IMG/VR virus record: IMGVR_UViG_3300012943_000028
Location: 64,001 to 128,000 of that record
Source of the DNA: a virus
Lineage: Duplodnaviria; Heunggongvirae; Uroviricota; Caudoviricetes
Strand: one strand, 5' to 3'
Length of the DNA stretch: 64,000 bases
The position numbers were made by a program, and so were the translations under genes. Position 1 is the first letter of the stretch; every line of letters starts with the position of its first letter. Below are positions 15,650 to 25,023 of the stretch, one piece after another. The notes under the pieces are model-generated. The model was given only the letters and a program-made list of their open reading frames with translations. It was not told the DNA's origin and made no database searches.

Positions 15650-18347
15650 TGTTGCGCTCCGAAAGAACCTTACCTTCTTCAATGCTCTCGTCCCACTCAC
15701 CGAACACTCGATCACCAGCGCTGGCGATGATGGTGGTCTTCTCACCTTCCATCTTTGCACGGAACTTGATGTCCTTTGCGTGAGCTGGGAATGACAGCTT
15801 GATGATCTGCTTCCAGTCAGCATAGTTGGTGTAGACTGACTCGTCGAACACGTTGGTCGTGTGCATGATGCGCTTGAGCTTCTTGATCTGAGAGCCCTTC
15901 ATGAAGATCACAGTGTCGTGTGGATAGTTCTTCTTTGCGCGGGCCTTGTCAGCATCACTCTTAACACGATCGTGGATGAACACGGTGTCATTACGATTGG
16001 ACTTTGTTGTGGCGTATTCTTCGTCGTCTGCGATATCCTTAACGCTTCTTAGCGCTTCGGTAGTAACCGCGTCCTTCACACCCATCTCGTGAGCTGCTGT
16101 TCCCTCAGCGTCGGTACGATCGTCAGTGTGGTAATCAGCCTCTTCCTGATGCTCGCCATTGGCGTAGAACTTGACGATGAACTCGTCCCAATCTCTATCT
16201 CTGTAGACCTTTGCCATGCGCTTTCCATCTGGGCTATGGATGGTCTTGATGAGCTTCTGTGCCTCGTCAATGATCTCCTCAGAGACCTCTTCAGCAGGAA
16301 CGACCTTTGCATCAACGACGCTTGGGTAATATGCACCACGATCAGTGTAGACACGGCCTGAGCTACCTTCATGGTGGCCTGGTGCCCAGTCCTTGATGGT
16401 GTGCTCTTCACCACGGAAGTCCTTCACCTTGTCGCCAACCTTGAGAACCTTACCGTCCTTGTCAACAAGGCGATGGGTCTTCTGGAAGTTGGCCTCAACA
16501 ATGGTGGTGTCGATTGGAACAAAGCGCTGGCCTGGCTTGAGCAGCCACTGCCTGTTGTTGATTGCAGCGTCGTCCTCGGCTTCCTTCTTTGACTTGTAGC
16601 GCCAAGCCTTTTCTGGCTTCTTCGTCAGCTCCTGATCGTCAGAGACGTAGTAGCCCTTGACCTTACCACCCTGGCGAAGACCAAGAATCCAAACGTCCTT
16701 GACACCTTCAAGAATAGGACGTAGCTTCTTTAGGAAGTCCTGCTCATCGCCACCATCATTGATGACGTTGAGCGCGCGGGTTGCAAGGCCTGGACGAATA
16801 GCATTGAGTTCAGCGCGGGCCTTCTTTAGCGCATCATCATCTTCCATTCCATATGCGCTGGCCATAGCAGAGAATGCCTTCAGTGCCTTCTTAAGGTTTA
16901 TCTCAGCAGAGCTGGCAGCCTCATTGAGGGTATCACGATACAGCGATGCCTCATCGTCAAACACGGTGAGCTTCTTGAGAGCGTTGAAAACCTTGGCGGC
17001 GCTCTTCTCACTGGAGAGAGCTGCGACCTGTTCACGTGCTGCCTTCTGCTCGCTCTTGTCAAGGTGGCGGATGCCTGCCTTAGCGATGTTCAGGAGGTAG
17101 CGAATGGCAGCTGCGTCATTTGCGAAGTATGCTTCATCGTCAGTGCGACTATTGTGGAAGATGAAGAACTTTGCCTCGTTCAGGGATTCTGCAAGCTTGC
17201 CCCAGTTGTGGGACACATGCTCTTCGGCCTGAGATGCGTCGAAGAATGGACCCTCGATCTCGATGCTGCGTGGGTAGCTGCGACCGATGGTATCACGAAT
17301 GTCGTCAGGCGTGAGGAACGCCTCGTATGAGTGGCCCCAGCGGTATTCAGGCTTGCCCTTATATGGCTTCTCGTGCCACTTGCCACCGTGTTCCTTGCTG
17401 ACGAGGCCGATCCATGGACGCTCTTCGTCATGATCATAGAACGCGAGGTAGAACTTGTTCTCATCACCCGTGGCAACAACTTCCTTCTCCTTGGCCTCAC
17501 GCTCGGTGACGTCCTTGGAATGGAATGGGTGATCACCACCGTCGTCAAGCTTAACGACGACGAGCTTCTTGCCGTTGTCCTTGAACTTAACGATCTTGCC
17601 TGGCTCGCCCTTGAACTGGACGTCACCAGAAATTACGACCTCATCACCAAGCTCGAGCTGGTCGGCGGTGCGGCGGCCAGACGTATCATCGTCTGAGCTA
17701 TCGTCATCATCCGAATCGGAGCTGTCGACGCCAACATCGTCGCTATCGTTTGCAACGTCAGCAAGAGCGGACGTTGATGCTGGCTTTGCTGGCTCTTTCT
17801 TCACCTCAGGCTTTGGATCATCGAGATCGCCAATGGCCTCAGCGATGTTCTTTGGGTCGAGGTTGTGAGTGTGAACGAGGTTGTTGTGATCGAGGAGCTT
17901 GTCGATCGCTTCGTTCTTTGACTTGAGATGGTCCCACTTCTTCTTTGACGCGTCGTCAATAGCGTGCCAGCCAGCCTTGTCCTGGTAGACGTGACCGATG
18001 TGGCGACCCTTGAAGCTGACGTTGAAACCCTGGGCAGCGTTGTCCTTCGTCACCTTGACGTGAAGGTTCACAAGTTTGGCCTCGCCAACGGTTGCAGGGC
18101 CAGCAACTGACGAAACGTCAGTGCGCACCTGAGTTGGCTCTGTTGTCTTCTTTCCGGCATCATAGCCTGCCATGTAGGCAGCAGCGATGGATTTCTCCAT
18201 GTTCGTGGTATCGATTGCGCTACCACCGCTTGCGCCGTGCCTGAAGCCGGCGGCATATGAACGCGAGTGTGCTAGGTCCTTGGTGAATTCAGCAGGAATG
18301 TGTCCAGTTTCCTGGATGAGATCAACAAGTTCTTTTAACAGGTTCAT
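15642..18347 (-). CDS. 901 aa putative internal head polyprotein (~10 modules, including SH3/KOW-like domains)
   Basis: MNLLKEL leader; repeated [LIV]xE|[AGS] junctions; own late promoter. Confidence 0.7.
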   Translation of the reverse strand: MNLLKELVDLIQETGHIPAEFTKDLAHSRSYAAGFRHGASGGSAIDTTNMEKSIAAAYMAGYDAGKKTTEPTQVRTDVSSVAGPATVGEAKLVNLHVKVTKDNAAQGFNVSFKGRHIGHVYQDKAGWHAIDDASKKKWDHLKSKNEAIDKLLDHNNLVHTHNLDPKNIAEAIGDLDDPKPEVKKEPAKPASTSALADVANDSDDVGVDSSDSDDDDSSDDDTSGRRTADQLELGDEVVISGDVQFKGEPGKIVKFKDNGKKLVVVKLDDGGDHPFHSKDVTEREAKEKEVVATGDENKFYLAFYDHDEERPWIGLVSKEHGGKWHEKPYKGKPEYRWGHSYEAFLTPDDIRDTIGRSYPRSIEIEGPFFDASQAEEHVSHNWGKLAESLNEAKFFIFHNSRTDDEAYFANDAAAIRYLLNIAKAGIRHLDKSEQKAAREQVAALSSEKSAAKVFNALKKLTVFDDEASLYRDTLNEAASSAEINLKKALKAFSAMASAYGMEDDDALKKARAELNAIRPGLATRALNVINDGGDEQDFLKKLRPILEGVKDVWILGLRQGGKVKGYYVSDDQELTKKPEKAWRYKSKKEAEDDAAINNRQWLLKPGQRFVPIDTTIVEANFQKTHRLVDKDGKVLKVGDKVKDFRGEEHTIKDWAPGHHEGSSGRVYTDRGAYYPSVVDAKVVPAEEVSEEIIDEAQKLIKTIHSPDGKRMAKVYRDRDWDEFIVKFYANGEHQEEADYHTDDRTDAEGTAAHEMGVKDAVTTEALRSVKDIADDEEYATTKSNRNDTVFIHDRVKSDADKARAKKNYPHDTVIFMKGSQIKKLKRIMHTTNVFDESVYTNYADWKQIIKLSFPAHAKDIKFRAKMEGEKTTIIASAGDRVFGEWDESIEEGKVLSERNNG

Positions 18348-18374
18348 GTGAAAGAAGCTCCTATCAGTGTTCTG

Positions 18375-18381
18375 TATTTAT
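18375..18381 (-). promoter_or_regulatory. late promoter ATAAATA
   Basis: NTAAATA ~28 nt upstream of the 901 aa gene. Confidence 0.6.
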
Positions 18382-18412
18382 TTGAGCGGCAGGCTATCGG
18401 CAGCCCGGGAGC

Positions 18413-18898
18413 TCAAACTTGCTTCTTTTCACCGTCCACGGTGACCATCTTGAGGATTTCTTCACGGCTGGCGATGACCACGTTGGTCGTACTGCGCCCG
18501 CCACCTGACCCATGAGGCACGAACACCTGGTTGGCACGCTTGCGATCTACCTTCACACGGGCTCGGCTGTTTGCGGCCTGAAGAGCTAGGTTCAAGAAGT
18601 TTGCTGCCACCTCAGCATTGCGAGCTGCATAGCGTGGGTCGATGATCTCGATGTGGGCCGTCTGGTTCGTGTACGCATCCATCGCTGCATCGTACACAGA
18701 GTCAAGGCGCTGCTCAACAAGAACGTCGTCAGCGTCCTTTGGGTCTGGGGCTGGAGTGTCGCCTGCAGCAGGTGTGAGCGCAGTTCCTGGCTGAGGCTGG
18801 CCTGCTGGCACCTCTGCAACTGCGTACTGTGTTTCAATGTCGATCACGTCGTCCGCATCAACGTTGAACACCTGATCTAGTGGGTGTTGCTGGCTCAT
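18413..18898 (-). CDS. gp16: terminase small subunit (gp16-like)
   Basis: Size 161 aa; 'PR....AEVA' helix and C-terminal 'TNVVIASREEILKM' like gp16; head cluster context. Confidence 0.6.
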   Translation of the reverse strand: MSQQHPLDQVFNVDADDVIDIETQYAVAEVPAGQPQPGTALTPAAGDTPAPDPKDADDVLVEQRLDSVYDAAMDAYTNQTAHIEIIDPRYAARNAEVAANFLNLALQAANSRARVKVDRKRANQVFVPHGSGGGRSTTNVVIASREEILKMVTVDGEKKQV

Positions 18899-19371
18899 CT
18901 TGTTCCTCCTGTCTTACGTGTTGGTCGAGTACCACGCGTTCTCTTTGTCTGGCGCGTGGAGTTCGACTTAAACAAATCTCTTTCCGTCACTACCCTGAAG
19001 CGCGCGCCGATCGATTTTGCAAAGCGATCGGCAACGGCCCATTTGGCAGCGTTCTTGACGAGCTGAAGCTTGTCATACGTTGCTCCTGCCTTTTCAAGGA
19101 TTGTCTCCTTGATTGGTTTCAGCTCGATAAGATCAACGCTTCCATCTCTATACTGCACCAGAAAATCTGGCCAGTACTTGTGCATCTTCTTGTCTAGAGG
19201 GTTCAGATAGCTGATATTTAGCGTCTTCGGTTCACTGATCCACTTTACAACAAGCGGAGAATTGTCCAGCTTCTGCATGTAGAAAAGTTCCCACTTTGAG
19301 CGGGCCATGATGCGTCGAGAATCGCCTGCGTATTTGTCAGGATTCCTGCACGTGTACCGGTAGCTTGCCAC
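18895..19371 (-). CDS. head completion nuclease gp4-like / TnsA-like, copy 2
   Basis: NPDKYAGD...RSKWE, W.SE, Y.PDF, IELKP, N.AKW, FRVVTE. Confidence 0.85.
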   Translation of the reverse strand: MASYRYTCRNPDKYAGDSRRIMARSKWELFYMQKLDNSPLVVKWISEPKTLNISYLNPLDKKMHKYWPDFLVQYRDGSVDLIELKPIKETILEKAGATYDKLQLVKNAAKWAVADRFAKSIGARFRVVTERDLFKSNSTRQTKRTRGTRPTRKTGGTR

Positions 19372-19795
19372 GTTTTACTCCCTGGAAGAAGATCGATTTC
19401 TCGGTCAACACCAAAAATTCCATTCCATTCTGCTCACAAAAAATCTGCGCAGCTTTCCATTTTGCATTGTTCACAATGAGGGCCTCTTTGGCACGCTCAT
19501 GCTTTGCGTATTTTTCCTCAGCCTCATGGCGAGGTTTGATCTCTATCACCCAGTGCTTTACAACGCCATCCTTGTCTTTGATCTTTGCAAAGAAGTCTGG
19601 GATGTACGTATGCACTTGACCATCTGTCGGCTTGATGTATGCGATCTTGATCTCTTCACTTCCCCATTTTTCAACTGCTGATCTGCTGTCTAACCAGATC
19701 ATCACTCTGTGCTCCCATGAGGAGCGCCACATGATGTTCTCAGCGTCACCTACGTACTTCTCAGGAAAGCGAGGTATGAAACGTCCGTATGCCAT
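19337..19795 (-). CDS. gp4: head completion nuclease gp4-like, copy 1
   Basis: G.F.P..PEKY.GD...RSSWE, WGSEE, Y.PDF, IEIKP, N.AKW.AA, F.VLTE. Confidence 0.9.
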   Translation of the reverse strand: MAYGRFIPRFPEKYVGDAENIMWRSSWEHRVMIWLDSRSAVEKWGSEEIKIAYIKPTDGQVHTYIPDFFAKIKDKDGVVKHWVIEIKPRHEAEEKYAKHERAKEALIVNNAKWKAAQIFCEQNGMEFLVLTEKSIFFQGVKRGKLPVHVQES

Positions 19796-21084
19796 TATGA
19801 CTGCGACTTAGTTGAACCACCCGCGCTGTTGTCGGTGACAGGAGGTGGCTTTGGGGCCACGATGCCATCAGCAATGCCGTTGCCAGCAGTGCGCAGCGTC
19901 TTGGCGGCCTGGGTGCCGAGCGTACCGCTAAGCAGCGACGTTGCATTTGCAAGCTCGCCACCAGCAATACGTCCTAGACCAGACTTGTGGATTTCGTTTG
20001 AGATGGTTGTTTGGATCATGCGACCGCCCTGGTTGGCGATGATGTTGATGAACGGTGATGCCATCGTTCCACCAAGACCACCAGGCTGCGTTGGACCATT
20101 GAGACGGATGCCGCCCGCTGGAGCCTCGCCAGAGAGAATGTCGTTGATTGCCATGAGACCCGTCGCTGATCTCTCAATCGTGTCTGCGATAACACCAGTC
20201 TGCATGTTCAGCGCATCAAAGTCGAACTTGCAGTTCAGCATGTTCGGTGTATTTCCATTCTCATGATCTTGATCATCAAGATCAAACGATGAGATGCGCG
20301 GGTTCGTGAACGTAAACACGTTAGCGTAGATGGCCTGCCTGATCTGTGTTCCTTGCAGGTTCGTGTTCGTGCGGTTGAGATAGTACTGCTCAATCGTCAG
20401 TGAGCGGAGGATGTCTTTAGACTCCATGCCGTTCAGTGCCCTGATGGCAGCACGCATCGATGAATCATTTCCACCGATTGTGTCGGCGAATGCAAAGCCA
20501 TAGTCTTCAAGTGGGGCGTCAGTCGACCACTTACGGCGGGCGAGTGGCTGCAGAATCTGCAGGTACACGTTCATGAACTTGATGGCGTTGTTTGCCACGT
20601 CATCGTAGAACGAGAATGAGAGCTCTTCATGGTTGATGCGCTTTAGAACCTTCGTTCTGAAGTTGTACATGTTGACCTCTTCGTACTCGAGCGTGTACTT
20701 AGGCATGTCAATCTGTTTGACGATGTAAGTGATGTCACGGTCGAGCGAGTGCTCAACGTCCAGGCCAAGAGTTGCAGCAATGCGCTTTGCGGCCTCATGA
20801 AATTCGAAGCGTACCTTGAAGAGGAACTTGTTCTTTGGGTCGTAGCCACCAGCGCCAGATGCGATGACAGCTGCATACTTTGTGGTGTTCCAATCACCGT
20901 GCGTTGCAATGCGATCACGCGGGATAGGGTTGACGTTCTGGTTGATCGTCGTTCCGTTGTTGGTACCGAAGATACCACCGAGAACATTACCGGTTTGGTT
21001 CGTTACTGCAGCACCAAACGTGCGAAACGCCTGGGCCTCCAGCGCCACGCCGGTTGACGAAAGTAGTCCTGAGATATCTGGCAT
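19795..21084 (-). CDS. tail tube-fold baseplate/tube initiator (gp48/gp54-like)
   Basis: PK.KFLF, VKQIDMP, N.YN, F.FYDD, F.FD gp19-like motifs. Confidence 0.65.
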   Translation of the reverse strand: MPDISGLLSSTGVALEAQAFRTFGAAVTNQTGNVLGGIFGTNNGTTINQNVNPIPRDRIATHGDWNTTKYAAVIASGAGGYDPKNKFLFKVRFEFHEAAKRIAATLGLDVEHSLDRDITYIVKQIDMPKYTLEYEEVNMYNFRTKVLKRINHEELSFSFYDDVANNAIKFMNVYLQILQPLARRKWSTDAPLEDYGFAFADTIGGNDSSMRAAIRALNGMESKDILRSLTIEQYYLNRTNTNLQGTQIRQAIYANVFTFTNPRISSFDLDDQDHENGNTPNMLNCKFDFDALNMQTGVIADTIERSATGLMAINDILSGEAPAGGIRLNGPTQPGGLGGTMASPFINIIANQGGRMIQTTISNEIHKSGLGRIAGGELANATSLLSGTLGTQAAKTLRTAGNGIADGIVAPKPPPVTDNSAGGSTKSQS

Positions 21085-21110
21085 GGCTTAACTGGCCTCC
21101 GCTGCTCAGG

Positions 21111-21118
21111 TATTTATA
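21111..21118 (-). promoter_or_regulatory. late promoter TATAAATA
   Basis: Exact T4 consensus. Confidence 0.75.
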
Positions 21119-21132
21119 CGTGCCGGAAATGA

Positions 21133-21157
21133 CAAAGGGCCCATTGCTGGGCCCTTG
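21133..21157 (-). terminator. rho-independent terminator
   Basis: AAGGGCCCA-GCAA-TGGGCCCTT-TG. Confidence 0.8.
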
Positions 21158-21175
21158 ACGTCTTAGTGCAGTCGC

Positions 21176-21601
21176 TTACAGTACTACAGCTGGGGTAGTA
21201 GCTGTGGTTACCGTTGTAGAACCGGCTGCGTTCGTTGCAGTTACCTTTGCGTACAGACCGAAGCCAACGTCGCCAGGGACTGGCGTGTAGGTTGCAGTAG
21301 TAGCAAGAACAGTCGTTGGGCTGTTCGAGTTATACCATGCGTAGGTGTACGTGATGGTTGCGCTACCGGTCCAGGTGCCGTTGCCGACAGTCTGAAGCTC
21401 ACCAGTTTCTGGTGCACCGACCCAACCAGTGATGACTGGAAGAACAGTGTTGGCTGGAAGAACTGGAGCTGCGGCACCTGCAAGGGCGTCGAAGTCAAAC
21501 TTCCAATCCTGCTTTGCGTCTTCCTTGAAGTTCGTCTTGTAGTCTGCCTTGAGACCCTTGACTGAGTTGAGAAGAACTGCGATTTTACCTGCTGCTGGCA
21601 T
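21176..21601 (-). CDS. Ig-like virion decoration protein
   Basis: P.NT.LP.I.G...G..L....GTW.G....YTY.W......TYT....DVG..L...VTATN..G pattern. Confidence 0.7.
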   Translation of the reverse strand: MPAAGKIAVLLNSVKGLKADYKTNFKEDAKQDWKFDFDALAGAAAPVLPANTVLPVITGWVGAPETGELQTVGNGTWTGSATITYTYAWYNSNSPTTVLATTATYTPVPGDVGFGLYAKVTATNAAGSTTVTTATTPAVVL

Positions 21602-21617
21602 GTGTGTCTCCTAAGTG

Positions 21618-22208
21618 TTAGAGCTGACCAGCGAGGGCAGTGCCGTAACCCTGGCCTGTGAGAATCTGGCGGGCGTGGTCGAAGCGAACCGAAAGTTCGA
21701 TCGTGACTGCGTCCGAGCTTGAAGAGTCGAGCTGACCGTAGTTGACGGACTTGATGAAGCAACCCTCAACGAGCCACTTCTCAACAATACCCTCATCACC
21801 GTCGAGCTGCTCGAGCGTCATGCCGAACTTGTAGTCGGAACCAGTTGCAGCGCTGTTGAGCCACTGACCTGGGAGATCACCACCGACGAGGCGCTGCTGC
21901 GTCTCGAGCTGACCCTGAATTGCGGCAGAAGCCAGACCCGTAAGATCGTCCTCGACCGTGAGGGCGAGTGGTTCCCATGAGTACTTGCCTGCAACGTATG
22001 CAGTGCTGTTGTAGCGGTGAATTGGAACTTCTTCGAACGAAAGCTGTGGACGATCGATGACAGTTGCCTGACGGGTAAGGTCACGCGATGTTGCGGCTGG
22101 CACAAGGCGTGCAAGGTTGGTGAAGGTCACCTGCCAGCGGTACTTCTGCTTTGGCTGCAGAATACCAAAACCAGCCTGTGGTACACCCATCTGTGAAAGA
22201 GTTGCCAT
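21618..22208 (-). CDS. gp19: tail tube protein
   Basis: PKQKYRW, RP.LSFEE, Y.AGKY.W, E.W..EGCF..SV.YG.LD, RFD. Confidence 0.9.
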   Translation of the reverse strand: MATLSQMGVPQAGFGILQPKQKYRWQVTFTNLARLVPAATSRDLTRQATVIDRPQLSFEEVPIHRYNSTAYVAGKYSWEPLALTVEDDLTGLASAAIQGQLETQQRLVGGDLPGQWLNSAATGSDYKFGMTLEQLDGDEGIVEKWLVEGCFIKSVNYGQLDSSSSDAVTIELSVRFDHARQILTGQGYGTALAGQL

Positions 22209-22262
22209 TGTGTCTCCTTGATTGAATCTTTTGAGCGAGTATTGCCGCTCGTGCGTCTTCTC

Positions 22263-22269
22263 TATTTAT
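22263..22269 (-). promoter_or_regulatory. late promoter ATAAATA
   Basis: NTAAATA upstream of the tail tube gene. Confidence 0.6.
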
Positions 22270-22303
22270 GTGGGTCGTAAGATTTTGGCGCCCGGGCACC
22301 AGG

Positions 22304-22660
22304 TCAGGTGAGGTTCTCGAGCTTGTATTTCGTACGGTTGACCAGGGACATGAACTCATCCCACTGGTTGACGATGAAGGTGTCAGCTGGGTTCAGCTGG
22401 GTGCGAACACCCTCTGCCCAAGCAGCAACACCACGGATAAAGGAGATGGCGTCAGATGAAACGAACGCTGGCGGTGTACCAAGCTTGACATCAACTGGTG
22501 CGTAGCGACCAGCGTACGACTCTGCCAGTTCATCGGCAAGGTCAACGATCTTGGTGTAGAAGTCGCCGAGAGCGATGTGCTGGGCGAACGAGCGGGTGCG
22601 GAGGTGCAGGGTGTGTGCGATGTCCCTAGCATTGAAAAGCTGAGCGATAATCTCGTTCAT
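22304..22660 (-). CDS. ferritin/Dps-like four-helix bundle protein (DUF5856-like)
   Basis: H.LH....SFAQH.AL..FY.....LAD.LAE.Y.G.Y...TKYKL. Confidence 0.7.
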   Translation of the reverse strand: MNEIIAQLFNARDIAHTLHLRTRSFAQHIALGDFYTKIVDLADELAESYAGRYAPVDVKLGTPPAFVSSDAISFIRGVAAWAEGVRTQLNPADTFIVNQWDEFMSLVNRTKYKLENLT

Positions 22661-22662
22661 AG

Positions 22663-23040
22663 TTACTCTTCGTCTTCGTCTTCGTCTTCGTCTTCATCTT
22701 CTTCGTCAGTATGGTCGAGAGCCAGTTCAATGACGCGCTTTGCGTGTGAATCTTCCGCAGAGTAGAACTTAATGTTGCCAACCTGGATAGTGTCGCCATC
22801 GTGGACGTACTCAAAACCGCCGTAGTAGTCGAGTGACTTGGCGTGCTTCGTTGCGACCCAATGCTCGGTCACGTAGACGGTGCCGGCGCGCGGGTCGAGG
22901 CCGATCTGCTTTCCTGAGAAAGTCTTCACACCGCTGAGGAAACCCTCAGCGGTGGATTCGATATCATCTCTAACTTGTTCAAAGTCAGAGTCATGAGCCT
23001 CTTTCAGAAGCTTATTTGCAGCAAACTGTATGAGCTTCAT
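22663..23040 (-). CDS. hypothetical protein with acidic tail, possible internal head protein
   Basis: LLKE|A near the N-terminus; (ED)n C-terminus. Confidence 0.65.
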   Translation of the reverse strand: MKLIQFAANKLLKEAHDSDFEQVRDDIESTAEGFLSGVKTFSGKQIGLDPRAGTVYVTEHWVATKHAKSLDYYGGFEYVHDGDTIQVGNIKFYSAEDSHAKRVIELALDHTDEEDEDEDEDEDEE

Positions 23041-23053
23041 CTACAAATCTCAA

Positions 23054-24901
23054 TTAAGGCATTGCTGCGCCGGTTGAGAGGACGCGGATTGGGATGTAGA
23101 TGAACTCTGCGGCCTTGACTGGCTTGAGAGCTACGTCCATGATCAGCTGGTTGTTGTCGATGACGGCTGGCGTGTTGTTCGACGTGTCGCACAGCGTTAC
23201 GAAGTCGTAGAGACCGCGCTTTGCCATGACGTCGTTCAGGAAGCTGTCAGCAACTGCCTTGAGGTTGTCACGAGTGACCTTGTCATTTGGCTCGAAGACG
23301 AATGGGAAGGCACCCTTGCGGAGAGCGCGCTTGATGTACATGACTTCACGTACAACGTTGACACGGTCAAGCGCAGAGGCTGCAGCTGCCGACGTCTTCT
23401 GGCCCCAGACGATGAGACCCTGACCAGGGAAGAACACGATTGGGTTGATGTTCTTGTAGTTTTCGTACAGGATGTCACGCTGACCCTGGTTGAGGTTGAG
23501 CTCAACGAAGGTAGTTGGCTCGCCGAGATCGCCAGATACGTAGCCGACCTTTGCGACGCCAGTGACTGAACCACGTGACACACCGGCTGGAGCAAACCAG
23601 ACGTATGAGAGGTTGTCGCTGTAGGCGTACGTGCGGAGAGCGATGCCTGAAGCGGCGATCGCAACCTCTGCACCATCGAGGTTCGATGCGAGACCTGCTG
23701 GGTAGTAGTACGCAACGTTGGTGCCAGACTTGCGGCCAGTCGTGACAGCCCAAGCGGCAGTCTGCTCAGCAGTGAGGGTCATTGGCGTGTCAGCGATGAC
23801 GAAGGCTTCATCATTGATGTCTGTCGAAAGAGCGAGCAGCTCGTCGACAACTTCTGGATAACCAGGAGCGACGATGAGGTTGTACTCGAAGATTTCCGAG
23901 CGAACTTCGGTGTTGCTGTTGATTGCAGCTGAGAGAGCGGTCGTGATGGACACGCGCTTTGCTGCATCGTCGGCACCAAGTGGGTTGAACACGTTGATCT
24001 CAGAGAGGGTGAGGGTGAACTCGTCGGTTGCGACGAATGCAGTCAGACCCGCAGTGATGAGGAACGTGATGTGGCTCGTACCATCGGTGAACGTGGTACC
24101 GACGGTGCCGGTGCCAAGAGGACCAGAGATAGAACCTTCAACAGTGAATGCTGTTGGCGAGGTGAACGTGACCGTGATGTCCTCAGCGACTGCGTCGACG
24201 AGAGGAGAAATTTCGGTCATGGTGCCGTTGCCGACACCAACGTAGGTCGTTGCTTCGTACACGAGGTCAAAGGTGAAGTAGTCGCCTGCAGAGAAGGCCG
24301 TCATACCGGCGGTGACCGTGAAGTTGACCTTGCTCGAGGTGAATGGTGTGCCAACCGTGCCGAAGCCGATGATACCAGAGAGTGAACCCTGAACCGTGAA
24401 GGCTGTAGCAGAAGTCATGATGACGTCGATTGATTCTGGCTTTACGAAGGCTGAGGTGGCGGTGATCGAACCGATCGTGCCGTTACCCACGCCGACGCGC
24501 ACAGCGGTGGTTGCCACTGGAACACCGATACCGATGAAGGTCTCAGCTGCGTCAGTGAGGTCAACGTTGGCGCGCACTACGTATGCAACGTTGCCAACGC
24601 CGAGGAACTGGTTGAGTGCAAACAGGCCGTACTCGTTACGAGCATCGCCGTGGAAGGCGTTACCAGAGTTGTCGGTCCAGAAGTATGGAACGCCGTAGAG
24701 CTGCACTGACTGGCCGATCGAGGTGACCGTACGAACAACGTCGTGTTCCTCAGTACCTGCAGCAGGAGTGATTCCGTCTGGCTGAGTCTTGTTTGCGCGC
24801 GTGGCTACGAACAACAGTGGAACTGTTGGAGCTGCGGCTGGGATGTAGAACGACTCGTTGATAACGGTTACGCTCACACCTGGGCTTACGAGGGATGCCA
24901 T
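23054..24901 (-). CDS. gp18: tail sheath protein
   Basis: LVSPGVSV, W.APAG..RG, RD.LY...INPI, WGQKT, DRVNV.R, FEPND, KPVKAAEFIYI. Confidence 0.97.
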   Translation of the reverse strand: MASLVSPGVSVTVINESFYIPAAAPTVPLLFVATRANKTQPDGITPAAGTEEHDVVRTVTSIGQSVQLYGVPYFWTDNSGNAFHGDARNEYGLFALNQFLGVGNVAYVVRANVDLTDAAETFIGIGVPVATTAVRVGVGNGTIGSITATSAFVKPESIDVIMTSATAFTVQGSLSGIIGFGTVGTPFTSSKVNFTVTAGMTAFSAGDYFTFDLVYEATTYVGVGNGTMTEISPLVDAVAEDITVTFTSPTAFTVEGSISGPLGTGTVGTTFTDGTSHITFLITAGLTAFVATDEFTLTLSEINVFNPLGADDAAKRVSITTALSAAINSNTEVRSEIFEYNLIVAPGYPEVVDELLALSTDINDEAFVIADTPMTLTAEQTAAWAVTTGRKSGTNVAYYYPAGLASNLDGAEVAIAASGIALRTYAYSDNLSYVWFAPAGVSRGSVTGVAKVGYVSGDLGEPTTFVELNLNQGQRDILYENYKNINPIVFFPGQGLIVWGQKTSAAAASALDRVNVVREVMYIKRALRKGAFPFVFEPNDKVTRDNLKAVADSFLNDVMAKRGLYDFVTLCDTSNNTPAVIDNNQLIMDVALKPVKAAEFIYIPIRVLSTGAAMP

Positions 24902-24963
24902 CTGTGTTTCTCCTTAGTGATCTCTTTTGCGACAGGCTAGGCCATGTGGCTGTTGTCTGGCGG

Positions 24964-24970
24964 TATTTAT
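24964..24970 (-). promoter_or_regulatory. late promoter ATAAATA
   Basis: NTAAATA upstream of the sheath gene. Confidence 0.6.
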
Positions 24971-25023
24971 CCCAGGACCGGGTCCGGTGCTAGAATTTGG
25001 CTGCCTTTCATACCCCTGGCTGC

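Noticed and set aside
18895-19795. TnsA-like genes as evidence of a Tn7 element
   Set aside because: No TnsB/C and no terminal repeats; the context is phage head completion (gp4)
22666-22706. (GAAGAC)n tandem repeat, also at ~38545-38595
   Set aside because: Encodes Asp/Glu tracts within CDSs; not a CRISPR or regulatory array
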